A DNA stretch of 64,000 bases from Macrostomum lignano (Eukaryota), in the NCBI GenBank assembly GCA_002269645.1, contig NIVC01000628.1, positions 310,001 through 374,000 of the forward strand, given 5' to 3'. Under the pieces are notes generated by a model. The model saw nothing but the letters and a program-made list of their open reading frames with translations. It was not told where the DNA came from and made no database searches. Positions within the stretch are counted from its first letter, which is position 1; the number at the start of each line of letters is the position of its first letter. Made by a program: the position numbers and the translations under genes. Below, piece by piece: positions 36,031 through 50,400 of the stretch.

Positions 36031-37446
36031 CGTTTATATTGTTCTATACAGCCTACTTTCCTGTGGTTTGGTTCTGGCCAGTAGTATAGTATGGATTCTA
36101 CAATATTAATTGACTTTTTCAACAATTGTCGCTTTCAGTTAAATCATTTTTTATCTCGTCGGTGACTGATGCATCTTGTAAATCTATAATATTATTGTAG
36201 AGTCATATTTGAATTGTATTTTGCCTAAGATACTACTAACTATTCAGAATGCGCGCTGTCTATCCGGTCTGCTAACTGGTCACGGGGTGTAGAAATTCGC
36301 CTTACATACTTATTGATTAAATTGTTGACTAGTAAGCTAAGTGTATATAAACTGGCCCTCGAAATGCTAAACTGTTCCTTTTCTGTGATGCCTGCGGAGC
36401 ACAAGTTTCAAGCCTTGATGTTTATCTGTTTATCTTTTCAAAACTGTCGGTTCCCTTGTAAAAAAGCCTAGGTTGATAAAGATATAATATTGAAGTGTTT
36501 AACTATTAGTAACATCTTTTATTGTTAAAATCCACTCAGACACATTTCCCCACCTGAATCCAGTCTGACACATTTCCCCACCTGAATCCAGTCTGACACA
36601 TTTCCCCACCTGAATCCAGTCTGACACATTTCCCCACCTGAATCCAGCCTCACACATTTCCCCACCTGAATTCAGTCTGACACATTTCCCCACCTGAATC
36701 CAGTCTGACACATTTCCCCACCTGAATCCAGTCTGACACATTTCCCCACCTGAATCCAGTCTGACACATTTCCCCACCTGAATCCAGTCTGACACATTTC
36801 CCTACCTGTATCCAGCCTCACACATTTCCCCACCTGAATCCAGTCTCACACATTTCCCCACCTGAATCCAGTCTGACACATTTCCCCACCTGAATCCAGC
36901 CTCACACATTTCCCCACCTGAATCCAGCCTCACACATTTCCCCACCTGAATCCAGTCTCACACATTTCCCCACCTGAATCCAGTCTGACACAATGTCACG
37001 CCTGAACCTAGTCTGACACAATGTCATGCCTGAACCCAGTCTGACACATTGTCACGCCTGAACCCAGTATGACACAATGTCATGGCTGAACCTAGTCTGA
37101 CACAATGTCATGCCTGAACCCAGTCTGACACAATGTCACGCCTGAACCCAGTCTGACACAAAGTCATGCCTGAAGCCAGTCTGACACAATGCCATGCCTG
37201 AACCCAGTCTGACACAATGTCACGCCTGAACCCAGTCTGACACAAAGTCATGCCTGAAGCCAGTCTGACACAATGCCATGCCTGAACCCAGTCTGACACA
37301 TTGTCACGCCTGAACCTAGTCTGACATGTTTCCTTACCTGAACCCTGTCGGACACCTTTCTTGGTGGAACTTTAAATGCTATTTACTCGCCAGACCTAAG
37401 GCTGTAATTACTATTTCATTTGATTACATTGTGTCCTTCAGTCGCC

Positions 37447-38135
37447 ATGGCAACGCCAGCCAAGCTTTTGATTGGCGAACGCTTCGACGGCAATGGCAAT
37501 CTGCAAGATCCCGTCTCCGCCGTGGCCGTTCCCAGCTTCTCTTTGATGACGGATTGTGCCGACAATTTAATTGACAGCTCGGCATCGTCGGCTTCGCATC
37601 AATTTCAGGAAATCTTTCCTCCCCTCGCCGACATCGACATCGGCGCGTACGGAGACGACAGCGGCGGTGGCGGCGGAAGCGAGAGCTTCGACGCCGAGGA
37701 CGCCGTGAACCGCCTGATTAGCTTGGCCAGTCCGTCGGCAGACTCGCCCGCGGTGCTGACTGCTGCACCAGCCGACTATGACAGCTCGGCGAACGGCGGC
37801 AATATCGGCATCGAGCTGCTGCTCTCTGCCGGCTCCGAACTTGTGGCCGCCTCTGCCGAGTTCTGCCTGTGCGCCAACTGCGGCCTGTGCTGCCAAGGCG
37901 CTGACCGGATGCGGGCGCATAAAACCGCCAGCGGCCATCTGGGCTTTCTCAGGTGTCAGATTGTTGCTATGCTCATGTGTTTGCTGGGGGAGGTTGGGCT
38001 TCTGTAGCCAAGCAGTTCTTGAGCAAGGGTCGCTTCGCTAAGCAGTTTTACCTATCTATTCATGTGTTTTTGTGTCTGTCTGTCTGTGTCTGTCTGTCAG
38101 TCTGTCTGTCTGTCTGTCGGTGTCAGTCTGTGTCA

Positions 38136-38173
<38 letters not shown>

Positions 38174-38237
38174 GTCAGTCTGTCTGTCTGTGTCTGTCTG
38201 TCTGTGTCTGTCTGTCTGTCTGTGTCAGTCTGTGTCA

Positions 38238-38287
<50 letters not shown>

Positions 38288-38304
38288 GTCAGTCTGTCTG
38301 TCTG

Positions 38305-38375
<71 letters not shown>

Positions 38376-38437
38376 GTCAGTCTGTCTGTCTTAGTGTCTG
38401 TTTGTCTGTCTGTCTGTGTCAGTCTGTCTGTCTGTCA

Positions 38438-38481
<44 letters not shown>

Positions 38482-38518
38482 TAGTGTCTGTCTGTCTGTG
38501 TCAGTCTGTTTGTCTGTC

Positions 38519-38601
<83 letters not shown>

Positions 38602-38673
38602 TAGTGTCTGTCTGTCTTAGTGTCTGTCAGTCTGTGTCTGTCTGTCTGTCTTAGTGTCTGTCAGTCTGTGTCA

Positions 38674-38727
<54 letters not shown>

Positions 38728-38746
38728 GTCAGTCTGTCTGTCTTAG

Positions 38747-38798
<52 letters not shown>

Positions 38799-41700
38799 AG
38801 TCTGTGTCTGTCTGTCTGTCTGTCTGTCTGTCTGCCTGCCTGTCTGCCTGTCTATCTATCTATCCATCTCCTCCCCCAGAGCCGACCCATTTGACACATT
38901 CAAATGCGCCCAGTGCGCGGATCAGTTGGAATCCCGCCAGGCCGTGCTCCGCCACGTCGCTCTGCACGGTCATGAGCGCTACCAGAAGAAGCGCCCGAAG
39001 ATGACGGCGCCGCCTGCGGGTGCGGCTGTGGCGGCAGTGCCGAGCGCGCCATCCGGGCCCTTTGACTGCGCCGTGTGCGGCCGCGGCCTCCCCGCGGTGT
39101 CGGACCTGACAGCGCACGCCGCCCAGACCGGCCATTCGCAGTTCAAAGCCCAGCGCCGTCTCAGCCGAGGCCAGGAAGCTCTTCCAGCACAGTCGAAGCC
39201 GGCCGAGCCGCCGGCTGCAGTCGGAAGCTCGCGGCCTTCCCCAGTGGTGACTCTGGGCCCGTCCGAGCAGCTGTCCGTGTGCCTGCAGTGCACAGCCTGG
39301 ACTGCCGGAGTTGTTGCTCAGAATGAGCACGGCAAACGGACTGGCCATTATTCGTTTCAGACTGTTCAGCACCGGAGCGGCGTCAGCGGCGGGCCGACCT
39401 GCTACAAGTGTCTGCTGTGCCACCAGCGAATGAGCACGCCTGGACAGGTGAGCTTGTGGGCGCAATGATGCGGTCCAGTGTCTTGATTTAATTTAGACAC
39501 AATGATGCGGTCCAGTTTCAATCTAGCTAGCTACAGACACAATGATGCGGTCCAATTTCTATCTAGCTAGCTAAAGACACAATGATGCGGTCCAGTTTCA
39601 ATCTAGCTAGCTACAGACACAATGATGCGGTCCAGTTTCTAAGAACTAGCTACAGACACAATGATGCGGTCCAGTTTCTAAGAACTAGCTACAGACACAA
39701 TGATGCGGTCCAGTTTCAATCTAGCTAGCTACAGACAGAATGATGCGGTCCAGTTTCTAAGAACTAGCTACAGACACAATGATGCGGTCCAGTTTCAATC
39801 TAGCTAGCTACAGACACAATGATGCGGTCCAGTTTCAATCTAGCTAGCTACAGACACAATGATGCGGTCCGGTTTCAATCTAGCTAGCTACAGACACAAT
39901 GATGCGGTCCAGTTTCTAAGAACTAGCTACAGACACAATGATGCGGTCCGGTTTCAATCTAGCTAGCTAAAGACACAATGATGCGGTCCAGTTTCAATTT
40001 AGCTAGCTACAGACACAATGATGCGGTCCAGTTTCTATCTAGCTAGCTACAGACACAATGATGCGGTCCAGTTTCTAAGAACTAGCTACAGACACAATGA
40101 TGCGGTCCAGTTTCAATCTAGCTAGCTACAGACAGAATGATGCGGTCCAGTTTCTAAGAACTAGCTACAGACACAATGATGCGGTCCAGTTTCAATCTAG
40201 CTAGCTACAGACACAATGATGCGGTTTAGTTTCAATCTAGCTAGCTACAGACACAATGATGCGGTCCAGTTTCAATCTAGCTAGCTACAGACACAATGAT
40301 GCGGTCCAGTTTCAATCTAGCTAGCTAAAGACACAATGATGCGGTCCAGTTTCTAAGAACTAGCTACAGACACAATGATGCGGTCCAGTTTCTAAGAAAC
40401 AGCTTCAGACACAATGATGCAATCCAGTTTCAATCTAGCTAGCTACAGACACAATGATGCGGTCCAGTTTCAATTTAGCTAGCTACAGACACAATGATGC
40501 GGTCCAGTTTCAATCTAGCTAGCTACAGACACAATGATGCGGTCCAGTTTCAATCTAGCTAGCTAAAGACACAATGATGCGGTCCAGTTTCTAAGAACTA
40601 GCTACAGACACAATGATGCGGTCCAGTTTCTAAGAAACAGCTTCAGACACAATGATGCAATCCAGTTTCAATCTAGCTAGCTACAGACACAATGATGCGG
40701 TCCAGTTTCAATTTAGCTAGCTACAGACACAATGATGCGGTCCAGTTTCAATCTAGCTAGCTAAAGACACAATGATGCGGTCCAGTTTCTAAGAAAAAGC
40801 TTCAGACACAATGATGCCGTCCAGTTTCTAAGAACTAGCTACAGACACAATGATGCGGTCCAGTTTCTGAGAACTAGCTACAGACACAATGATGCGGTCC
40901 AGTTTCTAAGAAACAACTTCAGACACAATGATGCGGTCCAGTTTCTAAGAACTAGCTACAGACACAATGATGCAGTCCGCATCATCGTATCATTCCGCAT
41001 CATTATCGCTCCCCAATGTCCCCAACCCGGCCGCAGGTGGCCAGCCACATCAGCCGGTTCTCGCACGAGAACTTCGCCAGCCTGGTAGACGATTGTTCGC
41101 GCCTGGCAGATGGGCCGCCGCCCGGGCAGGAGTTGCCCTACCTGAGAGTCCGGCTCTGCCCAATGCGGCCGGGCGAGTCACACCTGGCTCTGCTCATCGT
41201 AGCCCTAGCCGAAGAGTCCGCCGCAGCCGATATGGCCAGCCGCAGCCTGCAACTGGCCGTTGCTAGGCAGAATCTCGGCCTGCCGTACAGCGTCAATCTC
41301 TGCCGTGTGTGCGGCCTGAGATTCAGCAGCGCCAGCCCGGACGAGCTGCTGGCCCACGCCAGGGCCGCTCATATTGGCGAGCGCGACTTAATGGACCGAA
41401 AAATCGCCCTGATGACTTTCATAACTGAATCAGCTGACAGTGCTACTGTCGGCAGTAGTGCCTGCCGATCATCTGTGTACCTCACCTGCCTGCTCTGCCC
41501 TACTCGGCTCCGATTCGCTAGCGACCTGCCGCCGCATCTCAACGCGGCGCATCGCCGGCCGTGTCCGCTGTGCCAGAAGCCCATCCTGCTGCCGGACGGT
41601 CAGGCCAGCATGCGCCGGCATCTGCAGACTGTGTGCATCACCCGCTGCTCACTGTGCGACCGCTGTTTCCCTAGCGAAGCCCAGCTGCGCCGGCATCGCG

Positions 41701-41924
41701 ACGCCGACCATTCGACCACAACGCTGCCGCCGCCTGTCAAACGACGGCGTCGCTCGATTGTCGATTTTGGCGCCGCCGCGACGCAAACGCGCGACACCGG
41801 CGACGACCGTCTGCTGTTGTGCTTCACGTGTGGCGGCGAATTCATCAGCTTGTCGGCGCTGAGGTCGCATCATTCGGAGTGCCGCCGGCGAGCAGCTGGC
41901 AGGTGTACAAATGGAAACTGTTAA
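37447..41924 (+). CDS. Multi-C2H2 zinc-finger protein, copy 2; join(37447..37952,38880..39447,41037..41924), 653 aa
   Basis: Exonic ORF translations match copy 1; splice sites conserved. Confidence 0.85.
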
Positions 41925-44900
41925 TCTGGGTTTATGATGCGGTCCAGTTTCTCTTTAAATTATAGACACAATGATGCGGTCCAGTTTCTCTTTAAATTAT
42001 AGACACAATGATGCGGTCCAGTTTCTCTTTGAACTATAGACACAATGATGCGGTCCAGTTTCTCTTTGAACTATAGACACAATGATGCGGTCCAGTTCGT
42101 CTTTGAACTATAGACACAATGATGCGGTCCAGTTCGTCTTTGAACTATAGACACAATGATGCGGTCCAGTTTCTCTTTGAACTATAGACACAATGATGCG
42201 GTCCAGTTTCTCTTTGAACTATAGACACAATGATGCAGTCCAGTATCTGCTAGTTTTAAAAAGAATCATGCTTTTTTCTTTCCTAAGTGCTTTGTGCGTT
42301 CCATTTTCCACAGCTTCCACTGATCATAATTTTGACAAGCTGTCATGGAGAGTTGACGTTTACTTGAAGCAATATTACGAGTAGAAGCAGTTATTATTTA
42401 CTATTGTTATACAGCAATTAGTAAAGTACTATTAACTATATCTATATTTTTGTGTCACCTTTTTGAGTCTTACTCTCCATCTCTACTTGAGCGCAATGCA
42501 ATAATGGTTTGCTCATTTTATCCGGACCGCGCATGCAAATCTTTCAAGCGGCTTAGTTTTGCTTTTGCATTTTTTTCTGCTGGCTAATAAAAGTTTATAA
42601 CTTTTCGGATTGTTGCGGAATATTCTCTAAGTAGTGACTGCATTTTTGCTGTTTGGATAAATTTTATTGAACAAGCAAGAGTTTGCGACTTTTAATTCTT
42701 TGTTCTTTGTCAGTGATAATTGTGTAAGTCATGCGGATTGTGTGGGGTCATGCGGATTGTGTGGGGTCATGCAGATTGTGAGGGGTCATGCAGATTGTGT
42801 GGGGTCATGCGGATTGTGAGGGGTCATGCAGATTGTGAGGGGTCATGCGGATTGTGAGGGGTCATGCGGATTGTGTGGGGTCATGCAGATTGTGAGGGGT
42901 CATGCGGATTGTGTGGGGTCATGCGGATTGTGTGGGGTCATGCAGATTGTGAGGGGTCATGTGGATTGTGTGGGGTCATGCAGATTGTGTGGGGTCATGC
43001 AGATTGTGAGGGGTCATGCGGATTGTGAGGGGTCATGCGGATTGTGGGGGGTCATGCGGATTGTGTGGGGTCATGCAGATTGTGAGGGGTCATGCGGATT
43101 GTGTGGGGTTACATTCCGAGGCTTTCAGAGCTCAGCTCAAATAGAAGTCAAAGCTTGAAATATCCTTGGAGCAGATGTTTTCACTATAAAATATTTAAAG
43201 ATTTGCACATCTGCGAGAATTCGGCATCTGGAAATTACTGGAATTGAAAATAAGAGTCAATGAGAAAGCATTTTATTTTTCATAATTCTCAAGCTCGAAT
43301 AACTGATGGCTGCAAGTGCCTGTGTTACGAGCGATATAGCAAATAATGCTTGATTTATGATCCCTTGCACGTCATGCTCTTCTCAATGAGGCGGGGCTGG
43401 AATTTAGCTTTAAAATAATCCGTTCGCTCCCCCCGGATAACCCCGGGCTTTATGCTGTCGCGTGCGTGTTGAAAATTCAGTCTCTGGCATGCTGCTGCTG
43501 GCGTCATGCTGAGATGTAATAAGTAGCGATGCGCGCATTTCAAAGGCTCTCGCCCAGGCGATCGTGTTCCTGAGGTGACCCCTCAGGCTCCCTCCTACCG
43601 ATGGCTCCCTCCCGATAGCTCCCCTCCCGATAGCTCCCCTCCCGATGGCTCCCCCTCCCGATAGCTCCCCCTCCCGATAGCTCCCCCTCCCGATAGCTCC
43701 CCTCCCGATGGCTCCCCTCCCGATGGCTCCCCCTCTCGATGGCTCCCCTCCCGATAGCTCCCCTCCCGATAGCTCCCCCTCCCGATAGCTCCCCTCCCGA
43801 TAGCTCCCCTCCCGATGGCTCCCCCTCTCGATGGCTCCCCCTCCCGATAGCTCCCCTCCCGATAGCTCCCCTCCCGATGGCTCCCCCTCTCGATGGCTCC
43901 CCCTCCCGATAGCTCCCCCTCTCGATGGCTCCCCCTCTCGATGGCTCCCCCTATCGATGGCTCCCCCCTCCCGATGGCTCCCTACCGATGGCTCCCTACC
44001 GATGGTTTTCCTCCCGATGGCTGCCCCCATGGCACCCCTACGATGGCGCCTTCGGATGGCCTTTCCCAATAGCGTCCCTCACGATGGTGCATTCCGATGG
44101 CGCCCCTGCTACTGATCGAGCCTCGGCCTCGCCAATCAAGAGTCCTGGCTAAGCTCTTGCACCAGGAAAAACCGACAGACCACTGAGACAGATGGACACA
44201 CTGAGAATAGATGGACACACACTGAGGATAGATGGAAACACACTGAGGATGGAGGGACACACACTGAGAATAGATGGACACACACTGAGAATAGATGGAC
44301 ACACACTGAGGATAGATGGACACACACTGAGGATAGATGGACACACACTGAGGATAGATGGAAACACACTGAGGATGGAGGGACACACACTGAGAATAGA
44401 TGGACACACACTGAGGATAGATGGACACACACTGAGGATGGAGGGACACACACTGAGAATAGATGGACACACACTGAGAATAGATGGACACACACTGAGA
44501 ATAGATGGACACACACTGAGAATAGATGGACACACACTGAGAATAGATGGACACACACTGAGAATAGATGGACACACACTGAGGATAGATGGACACACAC
44601 TGAGGATAGATGGACACACACTGAGGATAGATGGACACACACTGAGGATAGATGGACACACACTGAGGATAGATGGACACACACTGAGGATAGATGGACA
44701 CACACTGAGGATAGATGGACACACACTGAGGATGGACGGACACACACTGAGGATAGATGGACACACACTGAGGATAGATGGACACACACTGAGGATAGAT
44801 GGACACACACTGAGGATGGACGGAGACACACTGAGGATAGATGGACACACACTGAGGATAGATGGACACACACTGAGGATAGATGGACACACACTGAGGA

Positions 44901-45215
44901 TAGATGGACACACACTGAGTATATATCGACACAAACTGAGGATATAAGGACACACTGATCTATAGAAATCTGCTAGTTCGACAATCCTGTTAATTACATG
45001 CACGAGTAATGATTAAAACAAAGGCCATTATTTGTAGCGTAGCATCTCATTCATTTCGAGACCACAGTACACAGCTACCCAGCGGGGGATGAGAGCAAGC
45101 CTAGAAGCACTGTCTAGTTATTCAGCTCATACAGTTGAGTCGCCTGTCTTTCTCCGTGACCTTATATTAATTAATTACTCATCAGGATGAAGAATGTGGT
45201 CTTGCAGGACTGCGA

Positions 45216-45295
<80 letters not shown>

Positions 45296-45321
45296 TGACA
45301 GACAGACAGACAGACAGACAC

Positions 45322-45356
<35 letters not shown>

Positions 45357-45357
45357 C

Positions 45358-45576
<219 letters not shown>

Positions 45577-46618
45577 GGCAGACAGACAGATCCAGCGGCA
45601 GTGCGGACAGCCCGAGCGCAGCATCCGGCCACCTGTCACTCTTTCGGCCAGCCCCTCCCCAGTCATCCTCCCTTATCTTTTTATCCGCTTCATATTTTCG
45701 ATAATATTAAAAGCCGAAAAATATTGTCTGCGGTGGGCTTGCGGTTTATTTATACATTTGACGCTTGGCTGAGGAGTTTCGCAGCGCCGTTAGAGGGATT
45801 TTATCTGATTGCAATAAAAAAATCCTCAGTTGTTTCATCCCTGCTGAATGGGAAAAAACGCTTTGAAATTTAAAACCAAATTTAAATCCTCTCTGTTGGA
45901 TTGGAGTAGCGCGTGATTATTTTTTGCGATGAGGGGCTCGGGAAGCTGTGTTTTGCGCTTATTAAAGAGTGAAAAATAAATATTCTGACTTTTACGCACT
46001 GAATGTGCACTTGCTCTTGGGATTACAGGAATATGACAGTTTTAAACAAAAGCCAATATTTTTGTTAGTTTACGAAGCAATTTGACAGCGATGCAGAATT
46101 TGATGGGTTGAAAATTTGAGATATTCTACGAGTGTGTGCAGGTTAGGGTTCTGGTAGACTTTCTAGCCCACCAGCTCCTCTCAGTAGAGCCTACCAGCTC
46201 CTCTCAGTAGAGCCTACCAGCTCCTCTCAGTAGAGCCTACCAGCTCCTCTCAGTAGAGCCTACCAGCTCCTCTCAGTAGAGCCTACCAGCTCCTTTCAGT
46301 AGAGCCTACCAGCTCCTCTCAGTAGAGCCTACCAGCTCCTCTCAGTAGAGCCTACCAGCTCCCTTCAGTAGAGCCTACCAGCTCCTCTCAGTAGAGCCTA
46401 CCAGCTCCCTTCAGTAGAGCCTACCAGCTCCTCTCAGTAGAGCCTATCAGCTCCCTTCAGTAGAGCCTACCAGCTCCTCTCAGTAGAGCCTACCAGCTCC
46501 CCGCCTATTTGAGCCTCACAGTACATTACAACTCAAAGTAGCAACCTAAATTCCATCGATAAAGCATCTCAATCTTTCTAATTACAGAATCAGTATTAAT
46601 CCTCAGTTCTGTAACAAA

Positions 46619-48500
46619 TTATTCAACTTTCTGTTGTTCGTCCTCGGCCGCGGACTGGTTGGTGCAGTGGTCGGCCGTCACCGACACCGCGGTCAGCGGC
46701 TCCAGCTCCGCCTCGACGATCGCTTCGCAGATTTCGGCGTACTTGTGGAATGACAGAAACCCGGCGATCACCATGCCCTCGAGGGTCTTCATCTCCTTCT
46801 TGGCGTCGGTGGACAGGTTGCTGGGGATCGGCTTGAAGCTCCAGCGATCCTCATGCGGCTGCTGCTGCGACTGCCGCTGCCTGGAAGAGCGCTTCCGCTG
46901 CTGCCGCTGCAGATCCTTGCTGTTGCTGCTGCTGCTAGAAGCTGCCAAAGCGACGTCAATGGAACGGCAATTATCTCTGCCCCTGCAGCTGCTGGTGTTG
47001 CTTTTGCCGCCGCCGCTGCTGCCATGTTTGTTGCTGCCCGGCTGCTTGGAGATGCACTGCAGAACCAGACCCATCATGCCTTGGCGGGGTGGCAAAATTT
47101 GATTTAGCCGCGTAAAATATTAGTGTAGTAGTTTAAGGCAATGGTGAATGAGATGCGGTTCCTCATCGGGTCTCTTCTCATCAGTAAAATGGGGATTCTC
47201 ATCAGTAAATGAAGATTCCCACCAGTAAACGGGGATTCTTATCAGTAAATGGGGATTCTTATCAGTAAATGGGGATTCTCATCAGTAAAATGGGGATTCT
47301 TATCAGTAAACGGGGATTCTTATCAGTAAATGGGGATTCTTATCAGTAAATGGGAATTCTCATCAGTAAAATGGGGATTCTTATCAGTAAATGGGGATTC
47401 TTATCAGTAAATGGGGATTCTCATCAGTAAAATGGGGATTCTCTTCAGTAAAATGGGGATTCTTATCAGTAAATGGGGATTCTCATCAGTGATTCAGGAT
47501 TTCCATCAGTGAATAAAGTTTTCCTATCAAGAAATGAGGTTTCCCATCAACATTTTGTCCCCCAAATCTTCCCATTAATAAATGATAAGACTTCCCATCT
47601 TCAGCCTCATCAGCAAAGTCTCTGCAGCTTCTCTGGAGAGCAGGGACTGTCTTTAATCGGATAATGAGAACAGAAAGCTGCTAGCTAATCTCATGGAGAT
47701 CCTTTCTTATCAGAGGATTGCATAATTTAAAATTGAATACTTAGAAACCTGCTGATCATAAATTAACTTTTAATGGCTAGGCTAAGACGCCACCGGAGTC
47801 CTTGAGATTTTTGACAGCTCGAGAACGGCAAAGCGACTTAAAGTCAGCCTAAATTTGACTACTTAAGGATTAAAAGGGCGAGCTGTCTCATTTATGTTTT
47901 ATCCTCCACAAAAGCCTCGTAAAAAATAAAGTTAAAGCTGTACTAGCACTACCGACAATAAAAATCAGAAACTGGACCGCATCATTGCAGCTGTGCTATC
48001 ATAAATCAGAAACTGGACCGCATCATTGCAGCTGTGCTATCATAAATCAGAAACTGGACCGCATCATTGCAGCTGTGCTATCATAAATCAGAAACTGGAC
48101 CGCATCATTGCAGCTGTGCTATCATAAATCAGAAACTGGACCGCATCATTGCAGCTGTGCTATCATAAATCAGAAACTGGACCGCATCATTGCAGCTGTG
48201 CTATCATAAATCAGAAACTGGACCGCATCATTGCAGCTGTGCTATCATAAATCAGAAACTGGACCGCATCATTGCAGCTGTGCTATCATAAATCAGAAAC
48301 TGGACCGCATCATTGCAGCTGTGCTATCATAAATCAGAAACTGGACCGCATCATTGCAGCTGTGCTATCATAAATCAGAAACTGGACCGCATCATTGCAG
48401 CTTTACTCAAAGCTACATATGTATAAATCCAAAATAGATAGGGTTTTCAACAAACCATTACAAATCAGTAGAATAAGAAAACAAACTCACCTGTTGGCAT
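46619..48500 (-). CDS. Uncharacterised short protein; candidate complement(join(46619..47079,48491..48500)), or starting at MMGLVLQC (47077/47074)
   Basis: GC-rich non-repetitive ORF with an ordered-looking C-terminal block (WSFKPIPSNLSTDAKKEMKTLEGMVIAGFLSFHKYAEICEAIVEAE). Strong donor G|GTGAGT at 48490; weaker AAG acceptor at 47080-47081. No family recognised. Confidence 0.6.
47170..47510. repeat. 20/21-bp minisatellite (ATCAGTAAATGGGGATTCTT)
   Basis: Read directly. Confidence 0.9.
47962..48402. repeat. Perfect 41-bp minisatellite (AAATCAGAAACTGGACCGCATCATTGCAGCTGTGCTATCAT), ~10.8 copies
   Basis: Period 41 (47962, 48003). Confidence 0.95.
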
Positions 48501-48736
48501 AATCAGAGGGAAGTTGCTACTTTATACTATTAGGCTGTTGCAAATTTCACCGTGCAGTTAGTGGCGATGCGGTTAGCCGGCTTCGGGAGATTCTAATTTG
48601 TAGCGGGTGGAAGCGAGAATGCCTTTGAAAAATAGCTCTCCAACTTTCATAAGGACATTCAGAGCCAATGAGACCCGCATGCATCGAGAATTCCTTCAGC
48701 GAATGAGCACTCAACTCGCTAAAGGGGCAGCTGAGT

Positions 48737-48773
48737 GCTACTTATATAAGTAGCTTAAATGCGCATGACGTGC
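48737..48773 (-). promoter_or_regulatory. Candidate core promoter: palindromic TATA box (GCTACTTATATAAGTAGC) with adjacent ATGCGCAT and TGACGT motifs
   Basis: Perfect 18-bp palindrome at 48737-48754 containing TATATAAG, ~250 bp upstream of the 48490 donor. Confidence 0.45.
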
Positions 48774-48809
48774 CTCAGACTCCATTAGAATCTGGGAGGC
48801 TGGCGGTGG

Positions 48810-50400
48810 CCCAGCAACTGGCATGGTGATCTGGGAGATTTTGATGTGGCCCTGAGGATCTGGGAGGGTTTGATGTGGCCCTGAGGATCTGGGAGGGTTT
48901 GATGTGGCCCTGAGGATCTGGGAGGGTTTGAGGTGGCCCAGAAACTGAGGATCTGGTAGGGTTTGAGGTGGCCCTGAGGATCTGGGAGGATTTGAGGTGG
49001 CCCTGGTGATCTGGGAGGATTTGAGGTGGCCCTAAGGATCTGGGAGGGTTTGAGGTGGCCCTGAGGATCTGGTAGGGTTTGAGGTGGCCCTGGGGATCTG
49101 GGAGGGTTTGAGGTGGCCCTGAGGATCTGGGAGGGTTTGAGGTGGCCATGAGGATCTGGGAGCTAGGGTTTGAGGTGGCCCTGAGGATCTGGGAGGGTTT
49201 GAGGTGGCCATGAGGATCTGGGAGCTAGGGTTTGAGGTGGCCCTGAGGATCTGGAAGGGTTTGAGGTGGCCCTGAGGATCTGGAAGGGTTTGAGGTGGCC
49301 ATGAGGATCTGGGAGCTAGGGTTTGAGGTGGCCCTGGGGATCTGGGAGGGCTTGAGGTGGCCCTGGGGATCTGGGAGGGCTTGAGGTGGCCCTGGGGATC
49401 TGGGAGCTAGGGTTTGAGGTGGCCCTGAGGATCTGGGAGGGTTTGAGGTGGCCATGAGGATCTGGGAGCTAGGGTTTGAGGTGGCCCTGAGGATCTGGAA
49501 GGGTTTGAGGTGGCCCTGAGGATCTGGAAGGGTTTGAGGTGGCCATGAGGATCTGGGAGCTAGGGTTTGAGGTGGCCCTGGGGATCTGGGAGGGCTTGAG
49601 GTGGCCCTGGGGATCTGGGAGGGCTTGAGGTGGCCCTGGGGATCTGGGAGCTAGGGTTTGAGGTGGCCCTGGGGATCTGGGAGGGCTTGAGGTGGCCCTG
49701 GGGATCTGGGAGCTAGGGTTTGAGGTGGCCCTGGGGATCTGGGAGGGCTTGAGGTGGCCCTGGGGATCTGGGAGCTAGGGTTTGAGGTGGCCCTGAGGAT
49801 CTGGAAGGGTTTGAGGTGGCCATGAGGATCTGGGAGCTAGGGTTTGAGGTGGCCCTGGGGATCTGGGAGGGCTTGAGGTGGCCCTGGGGATCTGGGAGGG
49901 CTTGAGGTGGCCCTGGGGATCTGGAAGGGTTTGAGGTGGCCATGAGGATCTGGAAGGGTTTGAGGTGGCCCTGAGGATCTGGAAGGGTTTGAGGTGGCCA
50001 TGAGGATCTGGAAGGGTTTGAGGTGGCCCTGAGGATCTGGAAGGGTTTGAGGTGGCCATGAGGATCTGGAAGGGTTTGAGGTGGCCCTGAGGATCTGGAA
50101 GGGTTTGAGGTGGCCATGAGGATCTGGAAGGGTTTGAGGTGGCCCTGAGGATCTGGAAGGGTTTGAGGTGGCCATGAGGATCTGGGAGGGCTTGAGGTGG
50201 CCCTGGGGATCTGGGAGGGTTTGAGTTGGCCCAGCAACTGAGGATCTGGGAGGGTTTGAGTTGGCCCAGCAACTGAGGATCTGGGAGGGTTTGAGTTGGC
50301 CCAGCAACTGAGGATCTGGGAGGGTTTGAGTTGGCCCAGCAACTGAGGATCTGGGAGGGTTTGAGTTGGCCCAGCAACTGAGGATCTGGGAGGGTTGAGA
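48810..50400. repeat. 29-bp minisatellite (GGATCTGGGAGGGTTTGAGGTGGCCCTGA) with 32/33-bp variants and higher-order blocks
   Basis: Period 29 (49036, 49065). Confidence 0.95.

Noticed and set aside
47962-48402. Tandem C/D-box snoRNAs (ATGATG...CTGA on the - strand)
   Set aside because: The C box is imperfect, the C-to-D distance is only ~11 nt, and there are no terminal stems.
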